Positions 49,026 through 58,598 of a stretch of 64,000 nt of DNA are shown piece after piece. The stretch is taken from assembly GCA_016184315.1 (NCBI GenBank), contig JACPCU010000020.1, positions 21,025 to 85,024 on the forward strand, written 5' to 3'. Both the position numbers and the translations under genes were made by a program. The first letter of the stretch is position 1. The number at the start of each line of letters is the position of its first letter. A model generated the notes under the pieces. The model was not told the DNA's origin, did no database searches, and was given only the letters and a program-made list of their open reading frames with translations. The stretch comes from Nitrososphaerota archaeon. Its GTDB lineage: Archaea; Thermoproteota; Nitrososphaeria; Nitrososphaerales; JACQRY01.

Positions 49026-49874
49026 ATGAATGTCAAAAAATGGTTATTGGAAAAATTAATGCAAATCGAGTTCATGAAAAATGAGCTGGATGTCAGAAAG
49101 CGAGAGTCTTTGACCAGAGAAAAGAAAACCGTTGAAAGCTTTGATTGGCAGTGGAGATACTTAGCAGAAGATGGGCCTGACAAGAAGGGGGCTGTTTTAC
49201 TCTGGGCGCCGGGTTGGCGAGAAAAAGTTGATAGTATGATTCAAGATGAGTTAGGTCTTACAAAGGAGAATCTTGTCGGCAAGAAGGTTTTGGACGTAGG
49301 CTGTGGTCAGGGCCGCTGGACTTACGGCTTTAAGAAGATAGATTGTGATGTCTTAGGAATTGACACAAGCCCTGCTGGTATTGAATACGCGAGAAGATGG
49401 GGTCTCAACACTAGGGTTTTGAATCTCTTCGAAATAGCCAATGCTGATCTTGCTGGCAAATTCGACTTCGTATGGTGTTGGGGCGTAATCCACCATACTG
49501 CAGATCCTAAGCGAGCTTTCCAAGCCATTGTCGAAGCCGCCAAACCGGAAGGTTTTATCCACTGCTACGTGTACAGTCATCCTCGCTCACGCCGAATCAA
49601 AATGATGCGTGCCTTCCTGAAGCCATTTAGCTTCCCTACGCGCCGCTGGATCATTAGATTCTGGGTTAGAGTAGGCTTCTATCACGGCAGCGTGCATGAA
49701 GCCTTTGATGCATTGTCACCTGACATCAATAAGGAGATCCCTGAGGAAGAAATCCGAAATTGGTGCAAGGAGTTGGGGTTACGTTATGAACGACGTTATC
49801 CAGCATGGGCACGTAGTAGCAAAGACATTTTCTTTAACGCGTGGCGGGATTCAGGCCCAAACCATAAGGTTTGA
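49026..49874 (+). CDS. Class I SAM methyltransferase (related to 45257-45922)
   Basis: FDWQW, LDVGCGQGRW, WGVIHHT.DP, H..FDAL.P. Confidence 0.9.
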   Translation: MNVKKWLLEKLMQIEFMKNELDVRKRESLTREKKTVESFDWQWRYLAEDGPDKKGAVLLWAPGWREKVDSMIQDELGLTKENLVGKKVLDVGCGQGRWTYGFKKIDCDVLGIDTSPAGIEYARRWGLNTRVLNLFEIANADLAGKFDFVWCWGVIHHTADPKRAFQAIVEAAKPEGFIHCYVYSHPRSRRIKMMRAFLKPFSFPTRRWIIRFWVRVGFYHGSVHEAFDALSPDINKEIPEEEIRNWCKELGLRYERRYPAWARSSKDIFFNAWRDSGPNHKV

Positions 49875-50110
49875 CAATTGAGGTTCTGTTCTTTCTTCGA
49901 AACTTAGCAGGCTAGATCATCCTCCCGTTCATTGAAGATTAATGTGCAATGGCGAAGACCCTGGGAACATCCACGCTCTGTAACCTAGGACAAGTTTTTG
50001 ATAACTCTGCGGGGTTATGCGATTCTTGAGTTTATATTGGAAGGGAGGAGATACACACCCATACCACGAAGAGTTATCACAACCTAAGACAGTTTCACCT
50101 ATCTCCAAGG

Positions 50111-52150
50111 TCATGAATTGAGCTGCTCAGCCAAAACTGCGGGATCAATGGTAGGTCTTTCACATACGGATCTTCTGCAGATGTAGGCTGTGGTTTGATT
50201 GTTAACTGGGGCTTTACCTTTGAGTAGCGTTATCTTTTCTGATCCGTCTTGACTTACTTGTAATGCTACGATCAGATTCGGCCTGTAGGGTTCGAAAACT
50301 ATGGACAGCATCTTACCGAGGCTTTCTGAATTAGATTCACCAACCAGAGCCACTTCCACGGGAGGAGACAGATAGGCTCCTAGGGCGGTGAGCCAGCTTG
50401 ATACCGATGTAGGCTGCTGGTCTATTACGCGTGCTATTGATTTTAGGGCCTTCTCGGATGCCTCCCTGAATCTTGATTCACCGGTGTAGCCGTAGAGTAA
50501 TAGTAGCATTTTTGTTGCTATGGAGCCTGCCGAAGGTATGGAGTAATCAAACGTGTTTTTGGGTCTGGCGATGAGCTGTTCATGGTCGCTAGGAGTGTCG
50601 TAGAAGCCTCCGTTCTGAGGGTCTTGGAAACGATTCAGAATCGTTTCTGTGAGCGAGTAAGCTGATTCGAACCATTTTGGATCAAAGGTTGTCTGGTATA
50701 GGCTGAGAAAACCGTCTGCGAGGAACGCATAGTCCTCCAGCAAACCGTTAGCTTTGGATACGCCATCCTTCCACGTGTGCATCAGTCTACCGTTAGCAAT
50801 CATGTTTTCGGAAACGAATTTCGCATTAGCTTCAGCAACGGCCTTGTAATCATCTCTCTTCAAGACTCTGGTTGCTTCAGAGAAGCTTCTCATCATCAAG
50901 CCGTTCCATGAAGCCATGACTTTATCGTCTCTAGCTGGACTCACTCGTTTCTCTCTAGTATCAAAGACTTTCTTTTTGCCTTCGTCTACGATCTTGTTTA
51001 GTTCTTCAATCGACATTTCCAGAGTCTGGGCTACTCCCTCAGGCTCAGATGAGATGTTCAGTATGTTCTTACCATCAAAATTGCCTTCTTCGGACACGTT
51101 GAAGAATTCGCAGAAGACTCGTCCTTTCTCCTTGCCCAGTAATTCTTCAATTTCCTGTTTGCTCCAAATGTAATATTTGCCCTCCTCTCCTTCGCTGTCC
51201 GCGTCCTGAGTAGAGAAGAAGCCTCCTTGAAGATGTCGCATTTGGCTGATCACATAGTCCAGTGTTTCCTCCACCACTTTCTTGAAGAGAGGTTTCTGAG
51301 TTGCTTGGTAGGCGTGCAGGTAGACCAAGCTCAGCTGCGCGTTGTCATAAAGCATCTTCTCGAAGTGAGGCACCAGCCAATGGGAATCCACGGAGTAGCG
51401 GTGGAAACCTCCTCCAACATGATCGTAGATACCTCCTCTGGCCATTTTTGTAAGCGTATGCTCAACCATGCGTAACCCATAGTTCAGTCCGGGGTGTGTG
51501 CTGAGCCAAAGGAGAAGTTCCAGAATGGACGGTTGGGGGAACTTAGGTGCTCCGCCGAAGCCGCCGTTCGTCCTGTCGTAGGAATAGGTGAACTGCAGAA
51601 ACGCGTTCTCCAACGTGGCAAAGGTCATTTCAAAGCTTTCTGCAGGAGGGATTTTGTGATTCAACGCTTCACTTATTGAGAGCGCGCTCTTCTCGACCTC
51701 TTGCCGCTTCTGCTTATAAGCATCTGCGACGGCGGTCAACACCCGTTTGAACGATGGTATTTCTCCTCGATCTTCGGGAGGGAAGTATGTGCCCCCATAG
51801 AACGGTTTGCCTTCAGGTGTCAGGAATACTGTCATGGGCCAGCCTCCTTGTCCAGTGATGGCTTGAACAGCATCCATGTAGATCGCGTCAAGATCAGGTC
51901 GTTCTTCTCGGTCGACCTTTATGCTGACGAAGTTCCCGTTCATCAACTGAGCAGTTTCATGGTCTTCAAAGGACTCCTTTTCCATCACGTGACACCAGTG
52001 GCAAGCGGAGTAGCCTATGCTGACGAGGATCGGTTTGTCTTCGCCCTTGGCTTTTGTTAGGGCTTCTTCGCCCCATGGATACCAGTCTACCGGGTTGTTC
52101 GCGTGTTGCTGGAGGTAGGGGCTTGTTTCTTTGGCTAACCTGTTAGGCAT
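50111..52150 (-). CDS. YyaL/SSP411 thioredoxin + six-hairpin protein
   Basis: [38 protein letters not shown]. Confidence 0.95.
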   Translation of the reverse strand: MPNRLAKETSPYLQQHANNPVDWYPWGEEALTKAKGEDKPILVSIGYSACHWCHVMEKESFEDHETAQLMNGNFVSIKVDREERPDLDAIYMDAVQAITGQGGWPMTVFLTPEGKPFYGGTYFPPEDRGEIPSFKRVLTAVADAYKQKRQEVEKSALSISEALNHKIPPAESFEMTFATLENAFLQFTYSYDRTNGGFGGAPKFPQPSILELLLWLSTHPGLNYGLRMVEHTLTKMARGGIYDHVGGGFHRYSVDSHWLVPHFEKMLYDNAQLSLVYLHAYQATQKPLFKKVVEETLDYVISQMRHLQGGFFSTQDADSEGEEGKYYIWSKQEIEELLGKEKGRVFCEFFNVSEEGNFDGKNILNISSEPEGVAQTLEMSIEELNKIVDEGKKKVFDTREKRVSPARDDKVMASWNGLMMRSFSEATRVLKRDDYKAVAEANAKFVSENMIANGRLMHTWKDGVSKANGLLEDYAFLADGFLSLYQTTFDPKWFESAYSLTETILNRFQDPQNGGFYDTPSDHEQLIARPKNTFDYSIPSAGSIATKMLLLLYGYTGESRFREASEKALKSIARVIDQQPTSVSSWLTALGAYLSPPVEVALVGESNSESLGKMLSIVFEPYRPNLIVALQVSQDGSEKITLLKGKAPVNNQTTAYICRRSVCERPTIDPAVLAEQLNS

Positions 52151-52348
52151 CTATGTTCGACACGATCTTGCGGTTTGTGCAGATATGAAAGGCTTACTTC
52201 ACCCTGTCTGATAACTCTACGGGCTTCTAACCACTGGTTGAGTTCACATTAGAATGGGGAGATGCGCACGCATTCAATGAAGAGTCATTGGGGGGCCTTT
52301 TCAAGACATTTTCCTTGTCCTAGTGGTTTCACCGTTAACGAAAACTCC

Positions 52349-53437
52349 TTAAGAATTGATGCTACATCCTTGCGACCAGTAAGTTTTCTTTGCCCAAAGA
52401 CTTACGTTTACCAGACTTATCATGACTGGAACTTCAATCAAGGGACCTATTACGGTTGCAAAGGCTTCAAGTGAAACAAGACCGAAAACAGAGACTGCCA
52501 CAGCAATGGCTAGCTCGAAGTTGTTACTCGCGGCCGTGAACGCGAGTGAAGTAGTTCTCGGATAGTCTAATTTCGCGTAGCATCCAAAGGCGAATGAAGC
52601 CAAGAACATTATGACGAAGTAGACCAACAACGGTATTGCAACTCGAATAACAACAAGAGGAAGGTTCACTATGTATTCGCCTTTGAGGGCGAACATTACT
52701 ACTATTGTAAATAATAGGGCGAGAAGAGAGGTGGGACTAATCTTTGAGAGGTAACTCTTGTACCAATCCATCCCTTTTCTACGCTGGAGATAGAATCTAC
52801 TTATCATCCCTCCGAAGAATGGAATGCCAAGATAGATTGCGACGGACTGAGCTACCTCCAACAATGAAAGTTGAACTACTACAGATTCGCCAGAAATCCA
52901 CGAGCCAGCTATAGTTATGTAGAAATAAGCCAGAATAGAGTAGAAAGCTATCTGAAAGACCGAGTTCAATGCTACAAGTATGGCTGCCCACTCGTTATCT
53001 CCTTTAGCAAGGTTGTTCCAAACTACCACCATAGCTATGCACCTCGCCAAGCCTACGACGATGATCCCGTTTCTAAGGGCCGGTTGATCTGCGAGAAAAA
53101 TCCAAGCTAAAGCAAACATAAGAAGAGGGCCCATCCCCCAATTCAAAACGAGCGAGGATGAGAGCATGGTTCTAGAGTCTCTTGCTCCTATTACAGTCTT
53201 CAAATTCTCATACTTGACCCTCGCCAATGGCGGATACATCATCCATATCAGTCCGACTGCTATAGGGATAGACGTTGTGCCAATACTCATAGAACCGACA
53301 ATGCTAGAAGCTTCTGGTACAGCATAACCTAACCCAACGCCAAGTATCATCGCCAAGAAAACCCATAATGTAAGAAATTTACTGAGCCAAGGAAGCCTAG
53401 TATCAGGCTTCCCAGTTACCTCCAAGATAGTCAGCAA
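52349..53437 (-). CDS. acr3: Arsenite efflux permease Acr3
   Basis: MMYPPLARV, GLARCIAMV, ASNNFELAIA, GPLIEVP. Confidence 0.96.
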   Translation of the reverse strand: MLTILEVTGKPDTRLPWLSKFLTLWVFLAMILGVGLGYAVPEASSIVGSMSIGTTSIPIAVGLIWMMYPPLARVKYENLKTVIGARDSRTMLSSSLVLNWGMGPLLMFALAWIFLADQPALRNGIIVVGLARCIAMVVVWNNLAKGDNEWAAILVALNSVFQIAFYSILAYFYITIAGSWISGESVVVQLSLLEVAQSVAIYLGIPFFGGMISRFYLQRRKGMDWYKSYLSKISPTSLLALLFTIVVMFALKGEYIVNLPLVVIRVAIPLLVYFVIMFLASFAFGCYAKLDYPRTTSLAFTAASNNFELAIAVAVSVFGLVSLEAFATVIGPLIEVPVMISLVNVSLWAKKTYWSQGCSINS

Positions 53438-54046
53438 TTTTATCCATGCAACGTATTTAATTGTGTCGATATGAAGTAAGAATCATGAACGTCTCAATTA
53501 CTTGACGTTAAAACGACTACCATTGAGATCTGCTAAGTTGATAATAATAGAGACTACGCCTTAGAGTTGAAGTAGTTTGCTGTGAGCGTGGTAAATACTG
53601 CTCAGCCTAAAGTAAGACCGAGCTGATTCAGATACGATCCCATTATTCAAAGCTAACCCTCCGTTAGCAGTAAGCCAATGGCTCACATATGTAGGAACTT
53701 TGTTTGCGAGAAGCCAGACCAGATCCATACTTCTTCAAGAAGCTCTTGGCGCATCTTAACCCATTTTTGAAAACAGCATCACCACAGCTATGCTGTGATT
53801 TGCTCTCATTTCTAAATACGGTTTTGTTCAATCGTAGAGACCTAGCCAGTCCGTTAGTCATCCATGTCCATTAGATATTGGTTATTCAAATATGGAACGC
53901 TCGGTTTCCTTCAAAGTGTCGTTGACAGTATTAGACCAGTTTTCAGTTTGGTTGACGAGTTTGAATGTCAACGAAAACTTGTCAGTTCTTTGAGTGATAA
54001 TGTAACATCCTCTGAATAAGTGAGATAAGTAATTATTTCCGATAAG

Positions 54047-54074
54047 TTTAATACACGTCACGCAAGGACGTGTA
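54047..54074 (+). promoter_or_regulatory. TATA box followed by palindromic operator candidate
   Basis: tttaat at 54047; tacacgtc-N7-gacgtgta at 54052-74; ATG at 54083. Confidence 0.5.
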
Positions 54075-54082
54075 AACTGACT

Positions 54083-54772
54083 ATGATTAACACGAAGGCT
54101 GTGTTAGCTGAGCTTGTTGGAACATTTACATTGGTATTCTTCATAGTGATGTCAATCATCGTATATGTAGTGGTTCTCAAGAACGATTCACCCACTGGCG
54201 CCCTTGTTGGAATTGCTCTGGTTCACGGTGTAGCCCTACTCTCACTTGTCTATGCGATCGGCCCTGTCTCAGGGTGTCATCTTAATCCTGCGGTAACCAT
54301 CGCTTTGACAGCAATCAAAAAGATAAAGCCTGCTGATGCAGTAGCCTACATAATTGTCCAGATAATAGGTGCGACAATTGCATCCTTCTTAGCAGCTTCC
54401 ATTCTTCCACAAGGAAGCGCAGTGAAGTTCGGACTTACCCTTCCGAGTGCCAATATAGGGAACAGTCAAGCAGTAGCTATTCTTGTAGAGATAGTGCTAA
54501 CATTCTTCCTCATGATGAGCATCATGGGCGGCGCGGTCTCACCGAAAGCTCCCCCAGGCGCATCAGGCTTGACGATCGGCCTTACCCTTGCTGGCGCTAT
54601 ATTTATAGGCGCCCCTCTCAGCGGTGCATCACTGAACCCGGCGAGAACTGTAGGTCCTGCCCTCGTATCTGGTGTGTTCGACGCTCACATCATTTACTGG
54701 ATCGGCCCCATTGTAGGGGCCTTGATCGCTGCATTCCTATACAAATATGCCATTATGGAAAAAGAACGCTAG
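54083..54772 (+). CDS. MIP/aquaporin
   Basis: AELVGTF, SGCHLNPAVT, GASLNPAR, YWIGP. Confidence 0.96.
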   Translation: MINTKAVLAELVGTFTLVFFIVMSIIVYVVVLKNDSPTGALVGIALVHGVALLSLVYAIGPVSGCHLNPAVTIALTAIKKIKPADAVAYIIVQIIGATIASFLAASILPQGSAVKFGLTLPSANIGNSQAVAILVEIVLTFFLMMSIMGGAVSPKAPPGASGLTIGLTLAGAIFIGAPLSGASLNPARTVGPALVSGVFDAHIIYWIGPIVGALIAAFLYKYAIMEKER

Positions 54773-54814
54773 GAAAAGTTGACCGTCACAACCATCTAAT
54801 CAAAGTGCTCAGTT

Positions 54815-55921
54815 CTATTTGCTGGTTGGGACGAATCGTTTAGATATTAGCGTAGGAACAATGGCGCTTAGTATCACAGCCACCACAGTAATAGTAAACT
54901 GAGCCGAGTCCAAGAACCCAAGGTCCCTACCCAAAGTAGCTGTGATTGTGCCCACAGTTAGACCTGTACTGAATAACATAGTCGAGAACATAGGTGCTTG
55001 AGGAATCCATTTCCTGCAAAGCCAGTAAGTGCCTATGAACTTGGAGACTAGCTTAGCTATTAGAACACCGACAACAAGAAGCAAGCTGCTACTAACTGCA
55101 GCCAAAGATATCAACATGCCTGCTTTGACGAAAAACGCTGGTGCCAGAAGCCCAAAAGTCACTGTCCTCAGCTTTGAGAGTACTTGTTGATGCTGTTGAA
55201 TACTATTAGCGAATATCAGCCCCAGTATGAATGCTCCAAATACCGCGTGCAACTTGGCTTCATCAGCAAAGAAGGATACTCCCAGAAGTGAAGCCAACAC
55301 AAGTCTAAACTCTATCTCCACAGATCTGCCGCCATAGGCTTTGACAACTGTCCCCAAGAGCCTAGGTACAAGATAAACGAGCAAGAGTAGTAGACCTACG
55401 AAAACTATCGTAATAATATCAAAGGAGGGCGCGACCAAGTTTATGCCAATAAGTGTAAGAATATCATTGACAAACGTTGAGGCTATGATAGTCTTTGCAA
55501 TTGACCCTTTGATTAAATCATACTCTGTAAGTACCGCGTAAACCACGGCTACAGATGTGGTTGTCAATGCTAATGAAGCAGATAATTTCGCTTGCAAGCT
55601 CCACCCCGTGACCAAACTCAGGAAAAGAAATACTCCTAGGAGCGGAGCCAAAAACGCCAGAAAACCAATAGAAAAGCTCTCCTTTGCCCTTGATCTCAGA
55701 AGGACAAACTCAACTTCCGCTCCTGCCAGAAAGGTCAGAATAAGTCCGCCAAATGTCCCCAAGAAGTCAAGCCAAGGCGCCAAACCTACACCTAACACAT
55801 TGGCAATTAGAATCCCTATGATGACCTCAAAGATGGATGACGATATTCTGGTCTTTAAAGCTATAATACCTGCAACAACTATGCTTATTGAAATTAGGGC
55901 AGTACTGTAAAGATCAACCAT
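54815..55921 (-). CDS. Cation:proton antiporter (CPA2/Kef-like)
   Basis: LTFLAGAEV, TTTSVAVV, FVNDI, GAFILG, FFVKAG; multiple TM helices. Confidence 0.92.
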   Translation of the reverse strand: MVDLYSTALISISIVVAGIIALKTRISSSIFEVIIGILIANVLGVGLAPWLDFLGTFGGLILTFLAGAEVEFVLLRSRAKESFSIGFLAFLAPLLGVFLFLSLVTGWSLQAKLSASLALTTTSVAVVYAVLTEYDLIKGSIAKTIIASTFVNDILTLIGINLVAPSFDIITIVFVGLLLLLVYLVPRLLGTVVKAYGGRSVEIEFRLVLASLLGVSFFADEAKLHAVFGAFILGLIFANSIQQHQQVLSKLRTVTFGLLAPAFFVKAGMLISLAAVSSSLLLVVGVLIAKLVSKFIGTYWLCRKWIPQAPMFSTMLFSTGLTVGTITATLGRDLGFLDSAQFTITVVAVILSAIVPTLISKRFVPTSK

Positions 55922-55947
55922 TGTTGCCTACCATTCCAATTCTGTTG

Positions 55948-56017
55948 GTAGGCATTATCATCCTCGTACATGGAGGCGGTTCTGGCTTCTTTTCAAGCCA
56001 CGGCTAATGCCATAGCC
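55948..56017 (-). ncRNA. Fluoride (crcB-motif) riboswitch
   Basis: GGCTATGGCATTAGCC...AACCGCCTC-loop-GAGGATGATAATGCCTAC: P1 stem, pseudoknot GGCATT/AATGCC, terminal CCTAC; TATA ~25-30 nt upstream. Confidence 0.85.
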
Positions 56018-56104
56018 AACAACGATGAAAGTTGAAGCAAACTTAAATGTTTCTTTGTGCCTCCGACGCCAATCATATAAGATCCTGTACCCCCAACTAG
56101 TCAA

Positions 56105-56350
56105 GTGAGATACTCCCAGATGACGGATCGAAAACAGGAGATAGCTGCAAAAGCCTTGAAGATTTTGGAGATGATTCCTACAGAAGACTCAGTCGCAACT
56201 CTTAGGCAGATCTCTTCTCCCACTGCCCAGCGATCAGATTTGAAGTATGCTTACAAGTTGCTGCAAATGCTGGATGAAGGCAGGTTAGATGAAGCTGAAT
56301 CTAAGCTGGAGATGTTGACTTCTTGGCATGAACAGTGCGTCGGAGGCTAG
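56105..56350 (+). CDS. Hypothetical protein
   Basis: 81-aa helical ORF with upstream tatataa-like box. Confidence 0.5.
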   Translation: MRYSQMTDRKQEIAAKALKILEMIPTEDSVATLRQISSPTAQRSDLKYAYKLLQMLDEGRLDEAESKLEMLTSWHEQCVGG

Positions 56351-56895
56351 CTTGAGATGAAAGAGACAAATGTAGACCTCTTCACACTCATACTATTTCA
56401 TTGGGTAGCGTGTTCACACAACAGCCAATATGCCGAGCCCTCATAAAGACCTAAGCCATTCGCATACACCCTAAACTTACACGTATGCTGGCACCGCATC
56501 TATAGAAAGAGTGACTCCACCATCTTCCTATGTCTTTCCGAAACTTTTGCAGACAGCAACCATCTTCCCTGCAATCCACCATATACATATCCAACGAATC
56601 TCCGAGCAAAGATATGGGACTCCGCGAATCCAGTGGATTTTTTCTCCGCGCACACAGCAACAACCCATGGCCAACATACCGATCAAAAACGTAAACCACC
56701 ACCGCCAAACAACAAGGAAAACAAGCCGACCAGCAAAAATCAGCCAAAAACAGACCCTGAACCTACTTAAACCCCCCCTAGTCACCTAATCAACACAGGA
56801 GCCCACAAAAACAAAAAACTTCACAACACCAGCTAAGCCGACTGAAAATAGTTAAATAACATGCTTCAAGGCCTAGGGCAAAACAGTGTGCAGCG

Positions 56896-57174
56896 TTGAA
56901 GATGCCAAAGGAGCTCAAAACCTACTGCAAGAAATGCAACAAGTACACCAACCATACCGTCTCCATCTACAAGAGAGGAAAGGAAAGGACAGGAGCAGAA
57001 GGAGCAAGGAGACACGCCGAGGACAAGAAGGGCTACGGAGGACAGAAATTTCCCGAGCTCGTCAGAACAGCTAAGACCACCAAAAAGCAGACCCTCAAAC
57101 TGAAATGCTCCGTCTGCGGTAAACAGATCATGAAGCCAGGACTCAGATTACGAAAGCTGGAGATACAAGCTTAG
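56896..57174 (+). CDS. rpl44e: 50S ribosomal protein L44e
   Basis: TYCKKC..YT.H.V..YK.G, GYGGQK.P, KTTKK..L.LKC..C. Confidence 0.97.
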   Translation: MKMPKELKTYCKKCNKYTNHTVSIYKRGKERTGAEGARRHAEDKKGYGGQKFPELVRTAKTTKKQTLKLKCSVCGKQIMKPGLRLRKLEIQA

Positions 57175-57190
57175 AAGGAGCAAGAACGCT

Positions 57191-57388
57191 TTGAAAAAAG
57201 AGCGAATATCTATTCCAAGACCTCAGACAGCCTTCATCTTGGTTCAATGCCCCAACTGTGGCAACGAAGTCACAGTATTCTCCACGTCAACCGCCAAAGT
57301 GAAATGCAACGTCTGCGACGCCATTATCGCTGAAAACACAGGTGGCAAAGCAAAGATCAACGGCACAGTCCTGAGACGCCTAGACTAA
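57191..57388 (+). CDS. rps27e: 30S ribosomal protein S27e
   Basis: F..VQCPNCGNE..VFS...V.C.VC....TGGKA. Confidence 0.97.
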   Translation: MKKERISIPRPQTAFILVQCPNCGNEVTVFSTSTAKVKCNVCDAIIAENTGGKAKINGTVLRRLD

Positions 57389-57617
57389 TCTGTTCACCCC
57401 CCTACTCCTACCACATCCACTCTAGATCATCAGTTGAGCCTTGAGATAGGTTGAAGGCTTCTGATAGCTGTGCCGTAGACTAGGAACAGCGTCTTGAAGT
57501 TTATGTTAGAAAGGGGGAGAAAAGCATCCACACTCTAAACATCCATCAGAACCAGTTAAAACAAAGGCTAATTACCAGCGCCATTAAGGTTCGTCTAGGA
57601 AGCGTGAAGCGTAGAAA

Positions 57618-58400
57618 ATGGAAGCCATAAGCGGAGAGATGCCTGAAGAAGGAGAGATCGTCATCGCGACTGCCACCGAAGTCACGAAGTACGGCGTCTA
57701 CGTCTCTCTGGATGAATACAATAACATGCGGGGCTTCCTCCACATATCTGAAATATCTACTGGGTGGGTCAGGCACATAGACCGTTACGTCAGACCCAAG
57801 CAGAAAGTTGTCTTGAAGGTTATCAGAGTAAACAGGGAGCGGCGCGAAGTAGATCTGTCGCTTAGACAGGTGACGGGCGAAGAGAGGAAGAGCAAGCTCA
57901 TCGCCGTCAAGAGAGCGGAAAAGGCCTTCAGCATAATGGAGATCATCAGAGCCAAGCTCAATATTAGCCAGCAGGAGGAAGCAGCTTTGAATCAGAAGCT
58001 GATGGAGAAGTATGGCGGCACCTATGAGGCTCTTGAGGTTCTAGTCAAACTGGGCTCTAAGGCTTGGGAAACGCTGGGGGTCAATGCTGAGCAATTATCT
58101 GTCATAGAGACTGTAGCCAAAGAGAAGATCACAATTCCAACGGTGTCCATCAGAGGCAACATTGAAGCTCGATCAGATCTCCCTCAGGGCATAGAAGTCA
58201 TCAAGAAAGCTATGCTGGCCGCGGAAGCTGTGGGGGACGGCGGCGTTGTGGAAGTAAGATATGTAGGAGCCCCGCGCTACACAATTACCGTTACAGCTGA
58301 GAACTATAAGATCGCTGAGAAGGTCCTTGAAAACGCTGTGGAGACAGCCAAAACCGCAATAGAGAAGAGCAAAGGAACCTTCATCTTCAAGAGAACCTAG
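57618..58400 (+). CDS. eif2a: Translation initiation factor aIF2 alpha
   Basis: PEEGEIV.A, L.EY...GFLHISE.STGW, DLSLR, Y.GAPRY. Confidence 0.97.
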   Translation: MEAISGEMPEEGEIVIATATEVTKYGVYVSLDEYNNMRGFLHISEISTGWVRHIDRYVRPKQKVVLKVIRVNRERREVDLSLRQVTGEERKSKLIAVKRAEKAFSIMEIIRAKLNISQQEEAALNQKLMEKYGGTYEALEVLVKLGSKAWETLGVNAEQLSVIETVAKEKITIPTVSIRGNIEARSDLPQGIEVIKKAMLAAEAVGDGGVVEVRYVGAPRYTITVTAENYKIAEKVLENAVETAKTAIEKSKGTFIFKRT

Positions 58401-58418
58401 AGGCGACTAGAATTCAAA

Positions 58419-58598
58419 CTGCTTAGAAAATGCCCTAAATGCAACATTTACACGTTGAAAACCGAGTGCAAGATCTGCTCTGGGCCCACTGTCACAGCTC
58501 ATCCACCTAAATTCTCGCCTGATGATCGTTACACTCGTTATAGGGTGGCAGCCAGATACCAGGAGCAGAAGGAACAGGCTCAGCCCGTAGACAGCTAG
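58419..58598 (+). CDS. nop10: Nop10 (H/ACA RNP subunit); no ATG/GTG/TTG start, CTG inferred
   Basis: LRKCPKCNIYTLKTECKIC.GPT..AHPPKFSPDDRYTRYR; conserved position after aIF2-alpha. Confidence 0.9.
   Translation: MLRKCPKCNIYTLKTECKICSGPTVTAHPPKFSPDDRYTRYRVAARYQEQKEQAQPVDS

Noticed and set aside
49929..50114. 61-aa ORF overlapping the yyaL stop
   Set aside because: No recognisable family; probably a remnant at the island edge
53664..53974. 65-aa ORF and 9-bp IR tcgttgaca/tgtcaacga
   Set aside because: No ArsR/ArsC motifs; a single IR with a long spacer has no further support
56450..56830. A/C-rich low-complexity tract with three overlapping ORFs
   Set aside because: ORFs explained by compositional skew; no regular repeat period or stable structure seen
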